Source: Mytilus trossulus
Lineage: Eukaryota
Assembly (NCBI RefSeq): GCF_036588685.1
Contig: NC_086376.1
Coordinates: 71,403,630 to 71,467,629 of the forward strand
DNA length: 64,000 bases
Direction: 5' to 3'
Shown here in pieces: positions 23,801 to 37,100 of this stretch. A program made the position numbers and the translations under genes. The notes under the pieces were generated by a model. It saw nothing but the letters and a program-made list of their open reading frames with translations. It was not told the DNA's origin and did not search any database. Position 1 is the stretch's first letter, and each line of letters opens with the position of its first letter.

Positions 23801-25570
23801 TATTTAATTCATGGTTTTTATGAAGTCTGCACTTTCCTATTGAAAATTTGTTATTTGTTGAACATTTAATTTCGAGGTTCACCTAAACTGACGAAATCCT
23901 TGAAAATTGATATCCAACAAATAATAATGAATCCACAGTATTGGTTTTTACATTTTTTATTTCCTCACATCTGAATTTGTTTACAACACCAGTTTAATTT
24001 CTAATGTCCAAACAACAGCATTTTTTTTTTTAATTTAAGTTTTCAGTTTATATTGAAAATGAACATAATTTTCCTATATTTATGTAGATGTGTTTTATTT
24101 TTCAGGATGTTGAGGTTAATAAACAGAAGTTTGTGAAGGGTAATGCCATTGTATTTTCTACATATGCCACACACAGAGATCCTGAGGTATTTGATGATCC
24201 TCACCAGTTTCAACCACAACGATGGACAGAAAAGTAATTTTGGCAATTTTTATTAAATCCTTTAGCTAAAAAAAATGTTTTCTCTAATATCAGTAGATCT
24301 TTAGCCTGCTTGCATTTATGTCAATTTCATGGCAATAACTTACCAGCAAACAAATGGGACGAAACTTGACATCATAATATAAGTTTAACCAAAATATGAT
24401 CCAACAAGGTATCAGAATTATAATTTATTTGGTGGCTTTTTTCCTATCTTCATGAGATTCCCATGTGGAACTAAGGGCATGATTACAAGGTCCAAATATT
24501 GTTGAAAGGATAAAACCAAACTCAAGGTTATTATGCAGAGCAAAAGAGGAATCAAGGCTCTATTTTTATGTGTGGGTCGAATGCTGAAAGAATGGTAGAA
24601 ATGAAGATTTTATGTTGTTATCTTTTTATCACATATGTGAAATTAAAAAGAAAATTACTAATTTTAGTCAAAAATAAATTTTTATTTCTTTTCAGAAATA
24701 TGAATGACAAAGACAAATTATTTTGCTTTGGTGCAGGACCTAGATGTTGTGTAGGACAGAAGTTAGTTTGGTGTATAATTGATGTGAGTTTTTACATGTA
24801 AAAAATATAATTAGGAGAATATATTTGTAAATTGTGTATAGATGATATTTATAGGTATTTATAAAGAATAAAGAACAACAGAGCCATTAAGAAATCAATA
24901 ACACATATACAATTATGAAGAAAAAAAATCAAAATATTCTGTGTTATCAAATAGGATTTAACTCTGGTGGATAGTTGTCTCATTGGCAATCATACCACAA
25001 CTTCTTATTCTTTATTATCACTGAATTTGATAACAAATATGGTTGATTAAACCAAAGCCATTCATAGCTGTAAAACACTTTTCAGCCCCATTTATCGGCA
25101 TTATGTTTTCTGGTCTGTGTGTCCTTTGTTCGTCCATTTGTTCATCCATCTGTTCGTTAGTCCGTCTGTCCCGCTTCAAGTTAAAGTTTTTGGTCAAGGA
25201 AGTTTTTGATGAAGTTGAAGTCCTATCAACTTGAAACTTAGTACACATGTTCTTTATGATATGATCTTTCTAATTTTAATGCCAAATTAGAGATTTTATC
25301 CAATTTTCACGGTCCACTGAACATAGAAAATGATAGTGCGGATTGGACATTGGTGTACTGGGACACATTCTTGTTTTTAAAGTACAACATCTAATCGATC
25401 ATCAACTAAATAATATTCTTTCTTTATTGTAGACCATTATTGATGAAATGTTGACCAAATTCAAAGTATCATTAATTGATGAACAAGATCTCACTCATAA
25501 ATGGTTACCAGTTTCCAGACCTAAAAATGAAGTACTGGTACAGTTTACTGAAAAGGATACCAGTCAGTAG
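17816..25570 (+). CDS. Cytochrome P450, CYP26 clan, CYP16/CYP120-like (10 coding exons, 419 aa)
   Basis: Exons 17816-18005, 18447-18524, 19138-19258, 20915-21051, 21579-21655, 22297-22491, 23443-23550, 24106-24233, 24696-24783 and 25433-25570. They total 1260 nt, all introns are GT-AG, and phases are consistent. Motifs: PGSAGLPLLG hinge, K-helix EVQR, meander FQPQRW, heme loop FGAGPRCCVG. The family assignment is from recall and needs a phylogeny. Confidence 0.93.
18060..18365. repeat. Degenerate ~38-40-bp minisatellite in P450 intron 1
   Basis: Repeated CATCACTAACTGCCAGATTTGTAGAGTTGTCTCCCATA-like units, about 7 copies. Confidence 0.8.
19210..19845 (+). repeat. 57-bp x 11 tandem array spanning the P450 exon-3/intron-3 boundary
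   Basis: Unit AGAYAATCAAACATGTGGTGACAAACTTTATACACAAAATAGATACRGAGTAAGTAY. There are 11 full units at 19210-19836 plus a 9-nt partial, with only 3 variable positions. Confidence 0.97.
20449..20874. mobile_element. PIF/Harbinger-type MITE (TTA TSD)
   Basis: TIRs GGCCAAAAAAAATATATGTCTGTTTA.GGTTAC at both ends. TTA at 20446-20448 and 20875-20877. Confidence 0.8.
25080..25377 (+). mobile_element. Short HINE/Helentron-type element (second copy, inverted, at about 32238-32465)
   Basis: GGCATTATGTTTTCTGGTCTG, then a (GTCC/GTTC)-like microsatellite, then ...GTACTGGGACACATTCTTGTTT end. Confidence 0.7.
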
Positions 25571-26591
25571 CATTGACAAAGTATCCTATGAAATTACAGC
25601 AATATTTTTGAAAACAATAACTGTATGAAGTATGTTTGAGGAACAAAATGGGACTTTAGTTGACATGTCTTTCATAATCAGGGATGCATTGTATATATGC
25701 ATTTTTTGTTAATTTCCATACATGTAAGTTTGAGGTACGTTTTGTGATATTCAAAAACAGTGATTTGTCATTAGGTTGATAACTTTGGTTTGCGGATGAT
25801 ACTAGAATTGAAAGAAAATGCAAAATAGGAATACTTCACAAAATTTTTGGAAGAAAATAAATTGTGAGAATGCAACGAGAAGAAATATCATAGTAACAAA
25901 CTGACTGATTTTGAATTTAATTAAAAAAAAAAAAAGTATATTAAATATTTTTTTAAGTCCTAAATCAAGTATTGATTGTTTTTAAACGTAAACATAAATA
26001 TATAGGAGAAATTAGTAATGAATTATACCTTTTTATCTATATCTATATGAAATAAGCATTTGTAATAAGAAAGAGAATTTATTGAACTTCATATAAATGT
26101 GTCTCAAACTTACACTTTGCACATACATTAGATTTGTTTTTTATAGTTATTATATATCATAACTTATACGCTACTTAACAAAAAATTGTACATTATACAA
26201 GACTATGAACAAAGATCTATTAATGTAGCAATTTTTAATTTTGATATATATATTTTTTTGATAAACACTTTTTATTTGCCTGCTCTAGTTGAGGGGTCAA
26301 CTGTTTTAACTTTCTCTGGCTGTGTGTCCATCCATCTTTATGTCCTTTCATCCCATTGAATTCTATAATGCTATATATGTAATTTTTATTACAATTTTCA
26401 AGGAAATTGCAGTTAAAAGATTTCTTCAGAAATGTATTACAAGCTTCAAGTGAATATGTATTGTGTATAGAGTTTTCTGATTCAAAGTTTATCAACTTCA
26501 GACTATTTTCTGATTTCTTATAACAGGGGTATTATTTGATTTTAATACTTGTTTACAATCAGTTTTAACTAGACTGTCAAATGAAATGCTA

Positions 26592-27242
26592 TTTATACCC
26601 CTGCTTTAAAAAAGGGGGGGTATACTGTTTTACCTCTGTCTGTCAGTCCGTCCGTCCGTCAGTCCGTCCGTCAGTCAGTCCGTCCCACAAAACTTTCGTC
26701 ACATTTTTCTCAGGAACTACACATCCACCCTTTCTGTAATTTGGTATCAACATTTATATATGTCAGCCATACTGTGTGATGCGTTTTCAGATTCATCACT
26801 TGACAACTTCCTGTTTACCGAACACTTGTATGATTTTACACATGATAGCCAAGTTGAAAATTTTCGTCACATTTTTCTCAGGAACTACAATACAAGGATT
26901 TCTGAAATTTGGTTTCAGGATTTATATAAGTCAGCTTTACCATGTGATGCGTTTTCAGATTCATCACTCGACAACTTCCTGTTTACCGAACACTTGTATG
27001 ATTTTACACATGATAGCCAGTTGAAAATTTTCGTCACATTTTTCTCAGGAACTACAATACAAGGATTTCTGAAATTTGGTTTCAGGATTTATATAAGTCA
27101 CCTATACCGTGTGATGCGTTTTCAGATTCATCACTCTACAACTTCCTGTTTACCGAACACTTGCATATTTTCACACTATTAATATTATCCACTTGCGGCG
27201 GGGGTATCATCAGTGAGCAGTAGCTTGTAGTTTCACTTGTTA
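26592..27242 (+). mobile_element. HINE/Helentron-type element with (CCGT)n microsatellite and about 3 internal tandem units
   Basis: TTTATACCCC...GGGGGGTATA 5' inverted repeat, GTCCGTCCGTC tract, repeated TTTCGTCACATTTTTCTCAGGAACTAC units, 3' GGGGGTATCATCAGTGAGC...CACTTGTT. Confidence 0.8.
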
Positions 27243-27615
27243 ATTCATAATTGTCAATTTTCAATGAATAACCATTATGTTCCGAATTATGATTGTTGAA
27301 AAGGACAAACAAAAGACAACCATTTACTCCAAAAATACATTTAAACACCATCAGGATCATAAAAATTTCTTAAACCACAATAAATTTATCGTTGTAACAA
27401 TATTTGTTAAACCAAAACAGCTGTTGCTCTGGTGCCCACTACATAATTAATATTGAGTTTGCTGCGAAATTAGCCGCTGTTAGAATAATTTATTCATTAG
27501 AAATTGCTCAAAATACTTCTACAATCATCCAAATCAAAATGACATGTAAATAAAAGGTTGATCTAGTCCTTATAAGTATAAAAATTTCTTTAATGTGATA
27601 TGTATACATGCTATA

Positions 27616-27800
27616 TACTGTAAATTCCGAAATTATTGCGAGGTTTTTTGTAAACGCAATAATTAAAACTGGCATTTTGAAATGTTTTATATGAATTAAA
27701 CAGGATTTTTCTCAAAATCGTAAAATTCAAAATTGCATATAAGTCCAAAATGATGAAATCCCAATAATAAATGCATTAATTAATTTCTGAATTTACAGTA
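27616..27800. mobile_element. MITE with TACTGTAAATTC.GAAATTA...TAATTTCTGAATTTACAGTA TIRs
   Basis: TIRs visible. Degenerate copy at about 38747-38942. Confidence 0.7.
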
Positions 27801-28459
27801 TGGGACACATAACTTAATTTTTGCTTCAAGTTTAGCTAGTCAGGATTCATTCACTTTTATGGTCACATTAAAGAATCAGGTAGGCATGTTTAGCTGATTC
27901 ACAATATATATTTGACACATTCCCCATTTCCTTTCTCAATTTTATTAAATTTGTGATTTTTATTGCTATTAATTATGTACATTTGTGAACTCACATTTAG
28001 TCTCTCTTTATTTACATTTCAAACAGCTGCTGGTCAGTATGTGTTTCAGACATGATTGGACATTTGAAAAAATCAAAGTGCTTTGAAGCAATTATGGGTA
28101 ACATTTTGCATGAAAAAAGTAATTAGAAATATAGATTTTCAAATATTTTGAAAAAAATCAAAGTATTTACAGTTTTAATCAAAAATTGTTTGAAGTTGAA
28201 CATTACACAGAAAATATTAGACCAATTTATCAGACTTAACATGCTTAAGAATCAGAAATGGAAAACAGCATTACATGTATGTTATAAAGTTTTAAAGATT
28301 TTTTTTAATTTGAAGAATATTTATTTTATTTAGACTTACTACCTTATAGAGATTAAATAACATTATGCAGATTTATAACTGGAAATCACTGGTTTATTTT
28401 ACCTATAGAAACTAGTAGATGAATTGTTCAATTGTTAAAATATGTATAGATAGAATAGT

Positions 28460-28838
28460 TTTTATTCAGTGTAACATGTGTTTATTCAGTGTTACATCTG
28501 ATGATTAAATGTAACATGTTTATTCAGTGTAACATGTGTTTATTCAGTGTAACATGTGTTTATTCAGTGTAACATGTGTTTATTCAGTGTAACATGTGTT
28601 TATTCAGTGTAACATATGTTTATTCAGTGAAACATGTTTATTCAGTGTAACATGTGTTTATTCGGTGTTACATCTGATGATTAAATGTAACATGTTTATT
28701 CAGTGTAACATATGTTTATTCAATGTAACATGTTTATTCAGTGTAACATGTCTTTATTCAGTGTAATGTATGTTTATTAAATGTAACATATGTTTATTCA
28801 GTGTAACATATGTATGTTTATTAAAAATGTAACATGTC
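28460..28838. repeat. ~20-bp minisatellite (TTTATTCAGTGTAACATGTG)n
   Basis: Roughly 18 units of 18-24 bp. The variant block GTTACATCTGATGATTAAATGTAAC occurs twice. Confidence 0.92.
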
Positions 28839-31239
28839 AGTTTAGTTTTATATCTACAAGGTTTGTTATTCAATTATAAGTGTTTATATTTACTGCTTTT
28901 TACGTATACTAAAATGTTTTAAAATAGATAATTGTACTGCTGGCATTTATGAGTGAAAAAGAGGAACAAAAAATATATATTAAGTTGGTTAAAATAGAAC
29001 CTTTTTGGGGGGATCAATGTTGTTTTTTTCAAGCTATTCAATACAGTATAGAGGCATTCTGTTTTTGTTGTCAAAAATTTGTTTAAAGGTATTTAATTTT
29101 CTGTTAATAAGTTAAGTTTATTCAAAGGTATCTGTTTGTTATGAGTCATATCATTGTGATCTTTTTATTATCAAATTGTTATAGGACATGTCTTTTTCTG
29201 ATTTTATTGGTATTGCACAAATGGCAAAAACACTACTTATGTATATTGATTTAAGGTCTAAGGTCACATATAACATATCTAGAGGAAATCATATCAATAG
29301 AAAATTGATCTCTATACTCAAAGTCATTTTTTTAGACATTCATTTCATGCTAGATAAATGTTGTCAATTGTTTTTTTATACATATTTGCACAATAAATAT
29401 ATAATGATATTTTAAAAATATTGGTATTTACTTAGGATTTAGAGATATTGAAGTGGCAATGCAAAGATTTATTTAAATTTATTAAAATGTAAAACAGGCG
29501 AGACATTTCAGTGTGTGCACTCTTGCATTAAGTGAGAAACCAATTGTGTGGATTTGTTGGTAAAGCTAAACTACAAATTAAAAAAATAAAGGTTTATATA
29601 AGAAATGTCTCACACAATTTAAAAAAAATCAGTGCCTTCATTTCAACAGAATTATGGCTTGAAAATATTAGTTGTGTGGCTCTCAAGACATTTTTTTCTC
29701 CTAGATATATAAAAAGTTTTTTATGGGATGAATGCCAATGAGACACAATATAGACAAAATGATAGTTTACAACATTGAGTAATAAATACCCATACCCTGT
29801 AGTTAGATGAATAGATCCCTTGGGTAATAAAATATGAATCATTTCAAAAGTCAAAACTATCTGCCAGATTTTGGCTTATAACATAAAACAAGCTGAAATG
29901 TCATGCCTGCTTCACTGACCATCGATTTTATGTTTTATCACATAAACTTAAAAAAGATTTATTTTGATTTATTCAAATGTAAAACAGGAGAGACATTTCA
30001 GTGTGTGCACTCTTGCATTAAGTGAGAAATCAATCATTTTTAAGGATCTTTGACAAAGAGTTCAAGGTCAGAGAAGTCCTGTCAGACAGACATGGAACCT
30101 GATTTTCATTGGTTGTTGTTAGTTCATATGGTTCATAAGTGTTTTCTGGTTTTTTGCTTTTTATATAGTGTAGGCTGTTGGTTTTCCTGTTTAAAATGTT
30201 ATACACTTGTCATTTTTAGGCCCTTTTTAGCTTGCTGTTTGGTGAGAGACAAGGCTCTGTGTTGAAGACCATACCTTGATCTATAATATTTTACTTGTAC
30301 AAATTGTGACTTGGATGGAGAGATGATGGAGAGTTGGTTTCCTTGGCAATTGTACCACATATTTTAATAATTACATCATACAATTATTCCAAACTTCAAA
30401 AATAGTTGACCTTTTTGCTTATAGTAAATGAAACACAAATCATAACAAAAAAATCTTAACATTGATCAATGAATCATAAAAATGAGGTCATGATCAGATG
30501 AAACCTACCAGACTAACACATTTAGATCTGCTAACTTCTGAATATACAATGCTTTTTACATATTTTTTACTCTGCAACTGCTGCCTTCCAATAGTAATCC
30601 CTGTGAAACATTAAAAAACAACAAAACAATTGTGACAGACAACAACCAAAAAAACCAATTTACAGGCTCCTGCTTTGGATTAAAAACATGACATTGTGGA
30701 GTTAAAAAGCGATCTTATGAGGGCTCAACTCTTCCACAACCTGGGACAGTTGTGGGACATCCCAACTGTAATTAAATGATGGACAATCACAGATATTTCT
30801 ATACTGTATTACCTGCAATTTTTTGTGAGTTTGACGACGGCAGATCATTGGTAGTTAAGTTCATTCAAATCTTATTAGACTCTTTGTGTGCTTTAGAGCT
30901 TTATTATACGGTATAAGACACCTGCCTAGTGTTAAAGACTATAGACCTCTACATTGTTTTTGGCCTTTAGATTGATGTCTCCTTCAGGACTGCCTCACAT
31001 CTCTTTTTATTCATTCTGACTTGTTTTTACTTTGACAAATAGGTCTGCAACCTCGTTTTCTGTAAGCATGGCCATGTGTAGAAGGTTACTTTCTTCCATT
31101 ATTTCATTTAACATGTTCTGATTGACATAAAATTATTACCCCATAATTTGTTTTAAAGATTTGAACCAATCAAAAGCACCATTTTACTAATATTCATACT
31201 GAATAATTTCACGCATTAATAGGCATAGTGTTTTATTAA

Positions 31240-31899
31240 GGTAGCACTCCACAGTTAAATGTGTAGTTTCGCATTTTGGCCCTGTGAATTTTTCAAATAT
31301 GAGAGCTAGTGTGCAATAAAATTCATTTTTGGATAGCTGAGTATTAAAATAACCTTTGTATTGGGTTTATATGAACATCAAGGTTATGTAATGTATGTAA
31401 TATAGGCTGTTTTCTGTATGACAGTCCGTATTTGCATGTCCTTACCATACACTGGTCCGGCAATTATTGCAATGTTTTTTTCCAACTTTTTATCGCACAA
31501 ACTGTGATTGGATTTTACGAAAAAATGAGGCGAAAGACACCCATTTTTTATTTGATCAATAGGAAGATTTCGGGAAACAGTTTCTGAAAAGGTATCACTC
31601 AAAGGCATTGAAATTCTAGTTTGATCCAAATTTTTGGGTGAAATGTGACATGTTCACCCCCCTTTTTGCAATATTTTATGGGAAATAAATGCAGAATGTT
31701 ACCATGGATACACATAAAAGGAATTAATTTTCACCCTTTTCACTTTTGAAAATCAAATCTATGGAAGATACTGATTACATACATATGCACATGTACAACA
31801 CAAACAGTTAGGTTAATGTATTAGAAATCCAGGAATAGGAGATGATAGAACATTTTGTGGCTCATTTTTAATTTTATTTTCTAACTGTGGAGTGCTACC
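31240..31899. mobile_element. 660-bp non-autonomous TIR element, TAA TSD (PIF/Harbinger-type)
   Basis: GGTAGCACTCCACAGTTA ... TAACTGTGGAGTGCTACC is a perfect 18-bp TIR, with TAA on both flanks. Confidence 0.8.
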
Positions 31900-34123
31900 T
31901 AAGTGTTGATCAAAATTATATGAATTTCTGCTCAGCTAGTACTACATGAATAGCATGTCATCAACTAATTTTGATTTAGTCTTATTTTTTAACCTCACTT
32001 TCAACAATATCATCTATTTCATGGCAGCCACGTTTCTTGGCTGAGAAAGAAGTGCCAGGAGAAAACCAACAACAATAGACCAGAATAAAGATAGAAGTCA
32101 GACGCATCTGCCAAGTCAAGTGTTTGATCTCACAACCTCAAGTTGTGGCAGGCTAGTGACACAGTGAACAAATACAGACAAGACAGCAATGAACCCACAT
32201 CACCTTACTTAAAAAAAAACGCTTCAGAAATCAGTTTTAAAACAAGAATGTGTCCATAGTACACAGATGTCCCACTCGGACTATCATTTTCTATGTTCAG
32301 TGGACCTTGAAATTGGGGTAAAAACCTGTTGTAATTTGGCATTAAAATTAGAAAGATGATTTCATAGAGAACAAGTGTACTAAGTTTCAGAAGGAAAAAC
32401 AAACGAACGGATGCACAGACCAGAAAACATAATGCCCCTCTACTATCATAGGTAGGACATAAAAACTATTGGAACTCATATATCTAATAAGAAATTGAAA
32501 ATTACATTACTATCAGCTCTTTGACACTAAGGTCTAAACAAGTCTAAATCATGAATCTATAGTTAAAATAATTTAATCATCATACTTGTCAAACTACAAA
32601 GAATTTCTAATATTTGTGTTTTTCTCATATAATATTGCTTACAACTATCAACAGTGAACAGTTTCATACAGTTCTATAAATCAGTAGCATGAACATCTGT
32701 CAATAACTTCTACAGGAAAACATTTTCATTCAAAAATTAAGTGACAAGAATAAAACCTAAAAATGCACTGGCAGTTACAAATTTTTTAAAGTTGATTTAC
32801 GACATTGAAATGAAATGAGTTAAACAAGAATGTAGAAGAGGTAAGACGAAGTATTTTAACTTCATCTTATAATTTATAAACTTTTTAATGTACAGATTTT
32901 AACAAGAGCAGGAATGTAAAAGAAAACCCCATAAACTATAAGCATACACATTTTCACTGTTAAGTTATAGGTAAATATCACAGAGTTGTTTCCCTGTAAC
33001 AGATTTATTCAATTTACTAATATTTATGATAGTTTAAGATAAGTATTCAAATTCAATAATGTAAATAGGATTTTTTTCTATATAATATATCACACTTTGC
33101 ATACATAAACTTAAGTTCATCTAAATGTTTTTTGCAGTATGTATTAAGTCAGTTAAGCCTTCAAGTCCAAGCAATAAAATTCTAACTGTTCAATATCAAT
33201 AATAACTTGGGTCTATGAAAATTGACATAAAATAACACTGAGAGAAAAAAGAACACACACACTGTCACACCACACACACCATTTCATCACATTCTTCCCA
33301 TACACCTCTTTAAGAGAATCAAAAATATAAACAGAAAACACAACTTTTGAAGTTGGTTAAAATGACAAATAGACAACAAATAGAACTGAACACAAAATAT
33401 CCTCTTAAAGTCATACCCTTGTGTATAAAAACTGAAATTCTTCATGTTTATTTGAAAATTTAGTATGAACTGAAATTTCTGTGAGCTCAAATCAGTTATA
33501 ATGTGTAATGAATTTTGTGAACACATAAATAAAAGCATTTATTGTAAAAGTGAAGAAAGCGACAATCTATGCATACTATTGACTAAATCTAGATCCTAGT
33601 AGTGTAAACAAAATTTATTAAAGAATTAGACTAAAGCAGTATCAATCCTTTTGACTGTTTTTATCTTATACATCACTTTCTTTACTCCAACCTTAAGCAG
33701 AAGGAAATTTTTAGCAAGGAGCAATTAAACAATTTGTAAGTTGTTCTACAAGAATCTTGTTAGAAACATAAATTGCTCAAGATTAAAGTGATTATGTTCT
33801 ATTTAAACTTTCAAAATTTTTCAAAAAATGTCCAGACAGTAGATGGACACAATGGTCATTCTGGCAATCAAGGTCAAGTGAACTAAAAAGGAAATATACA
33901 ACAGAATGAACTGATATTCATAAAATTATCCAATCATGAATTTACTAAAATACTTCTCATTTGCATTGCTCAGATATCAGTTTAGGTATTCAAATATTTT
34001 ATCACATGTACATATAAAACATAAAAGAAACTCAAACTTCATTGTCTACATAAATACTTAGTTCAAGGCATAAACTGGCATTTCAAAGTTAAGATAGTCT
34101 GAATATCATTTGCTAATTTTTCT

Positions 34124-37100
34124 CTACACTGGAGTTTTCTTGGCTCTTGGATATGACGATACTTCAGCTGTAAAGGCTCGGAATCGGTACTCCAAATTTT
34201 TACGAGTGCTCATTAACTCCTTGTGGAGATCTTCAGCCTAAAAGTAAAAAAAAATTAAGAAATATTAATAATAAAGCAAAATTTCATGTTTTGTTTAATA
34301 TTTTAGACTAAATTTTCAGTTAACTATTTGGAAGTGAATTCTTTTGTAATGTGGAGTTACAATTTTTGTCAGTTCATAAAAATATGGCTTGCTGAAAGAT
34401 ACGGCACTGGTTTCTAAGAACATGACCCATGTTTCTGGTAAAACCTTGACACAATGGATACCAAAAGGTTAAATATATATCAAAATAAATGAGTATAAGT
34501 TAACCGTAGATAATTATTAACATTATAAATCACCTAACTATAAAATATTCCAAAAAAATAAAGAGCAAATATTATTTGAACAAACATGAGACATGAGTGG
34601 TGGGTATTGGTTGTTACCCTGTCTCACCAGGTTACATACCAATAGCATCACAATTCAAACATACATTATCATTTGAAGTCCTGTAATACAAACTTTCAAT
34701 AAACAAATCTGACAGATTTTTTCTTTTCTTCCTTTTATTTATAATTCATTAGTAGTTTTGACAACAGTTAACCCACTAGAGATTTCTGGTACAAAGGAGG
34801 ATTTGGGATGACATGGTCTCTTTTGATCTTTGAACTTGAAAATGTTTACATTTTTATTTTCTTTAAAAAGGAAAAATCTTAATGCAGTATATGTGGATGC
34901 ATGCATTAGATAGTGAAGCTTATTATATTTTTTATCTATTTCCTGTGATCAATCTACCAAACTCATGCAAATTTTGATGATGGTCTTGCACACTCATATC
35001 TAATTTGCAAGTACAAGAGATCTTTTGAAAACATGCATGCAACTATTTCAAACATCATCAAACCACATTCTAAATAACATTTATTTCAATGGTATTTCTA
35101 TCTTTTGATTTAGAAATGCAGATTTGAATAAGGCATGTTTAAGCTATATAAAAAAGTTTACAAATCTAAACATTAACAAAATAATCTAGATACATTAACA
35201 AATAAAGCTTGGATAAAGCTGTCTGTAAATGATTTACTCAATGTTTTACCAGTATATAAGATCATATAAGCAAAACATTTTATTGATGTCCATGTGACTA
35301 TTTTAGTTATTAATGAGGAAATGTTTCATCAATACATATGATTTTAGAGTCCTTGATAAATCAAAGAAGTCATTTCAAATAAATAAGAATATATCTGCAA
35401 ATTGGTAGGGGAATAAACAGGAATACTCAATAACATAAATATTTATTAAATTATTCAAAGAAGAATGTCATCTGAGTCAATTTTAGAAGGTATTGTTTTC
35501 CTAAATTTGAAAACATGATCAATAAAAAGGAGTTGTCCTGCTTCGCTGCATACAATTTTCCTTGAACAATAAGTGTTGTAAATTTCAGTGTCTGCTTACA
35601 GGAAGTGGTTATGCAGCAGATGTGAAAATTGCTTTTTTTGCTACAAGTCAACACTATCAAGCTCGTACACAATATTTAATCCTTTTCATAGATTTAATTT
35701 GCCAAGAAAACAATGACTCAAGTCTTCTTTTAGGATGGACTAATGGACAGACAGATGGAGTCAAGTGGCAACTAGACCTTCTTTCACCTTCAGCAATGTA
35801 GATAACGATACATAATTTAAACACTTCCTGGAAGAAGAGAATCAAATTCTAACATAACATGACTCCCAAAACGTATTTTCAATTTCAGTTTTTTTTTATA
35901 CTGATCAGTATTTGTTCAATGGAAATTTTATAAATTTTCTTAAGCCCTTTGAGTAAGTTTCATTCAGTTAAAACAGAAATCTCTGTATGTATGAATAATA
36001 AGCATCATGGCATTTAAGGGGAGACAACCACAAAGTAATGCAACCTGGCATTCTATAACTACACTAGCTACGATATACACCTGTTTACTTACAAACCTCA
36101 TTTTTTAGAAAACAATTTAGCTGTCATCCTCCCTGTATAGAAATCAAGCATAAGTAAAAAAAACACACACACACAATTAGCTCTCTAATTTTGAGTAATG
36201 TATATGATCCATAAAATCATTGACTATGTATGAAAAAGACAATATCTGTGGAAAACATTTAAGCATTTGCTATTCTTAAACTTAGAAAAAAACTGATTAT
36301 AAGAAATTCAAGACATTTTACTTCATTGTGTTTTAAAATTCCTTGTTTAAAAATCCATATACTTTTTATATGTATAAGTTAAGGTATTTCTGATTATTAA
36401 TGATTGATAATTTTGGGCTCCAATGTTAATACTAAAAAAATGCCAAATAATTATTTACCTACAATTTCAAATCTAATAAAGAAAATAATAGTCAACTCAT
36501 TTTTTAAACATAAAAAAAAAAAAATTGGCCATTTCATTATAAGGCAAAAAAATGTTTTCAAACTGACTTTAAAAAAACCTCAAAACATAAGAATTAAATC
36601 AGCACAGTAACCAAAATTAAAATACAAACTATTAAATTTCTTTATCAAACTGCAAAAATTAAATTCATCACACATACAAAAGAACAAATATCAAACTAAA
36701 AAGAGTGAACTAAAACAACTGAATCCTTGAAAGTATGAAATGAAATGATAACCCATCTACCTAACACTCTCAAGAGTCCTTACAATAAGGCAAGATTTTC
36801 CTCTTTTTTATCTGTAAAATAGTGTATCTATGAGGAACATGTTCATATCAAAATAAACCCTAAACCAGTCCTTGCAATCATAACAATTTCTAGCCCTATT
36901 GATGTATTCAGACAAATAAATTAGCAAATTGAAATACTATTTTTGTTTTTAGACCAGTGAGTTAAATTTTATGATAGAGAGCTTTGAAGTCTAGAAAATG
37001 GGGAAGAATGTAATGCTTAATTATAGGAAACTTTCTTTATACTGATTTATACAGAAAATGGTTTAAAATTTCATTTTCCCGATGGTTTGATACCAACTCT

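Noticed and set aside
26760-27182. 140-aa ORF with internal repeat
   Set aside because: Arises from the tandem units of a Helentron-type element.
25571-34123. Additional gene between the convergent P450 and LRRC27-like 3' ends
   Set aside because: Only short low-complexity ORFs and repeats; no phase-consistent exon chain was found.
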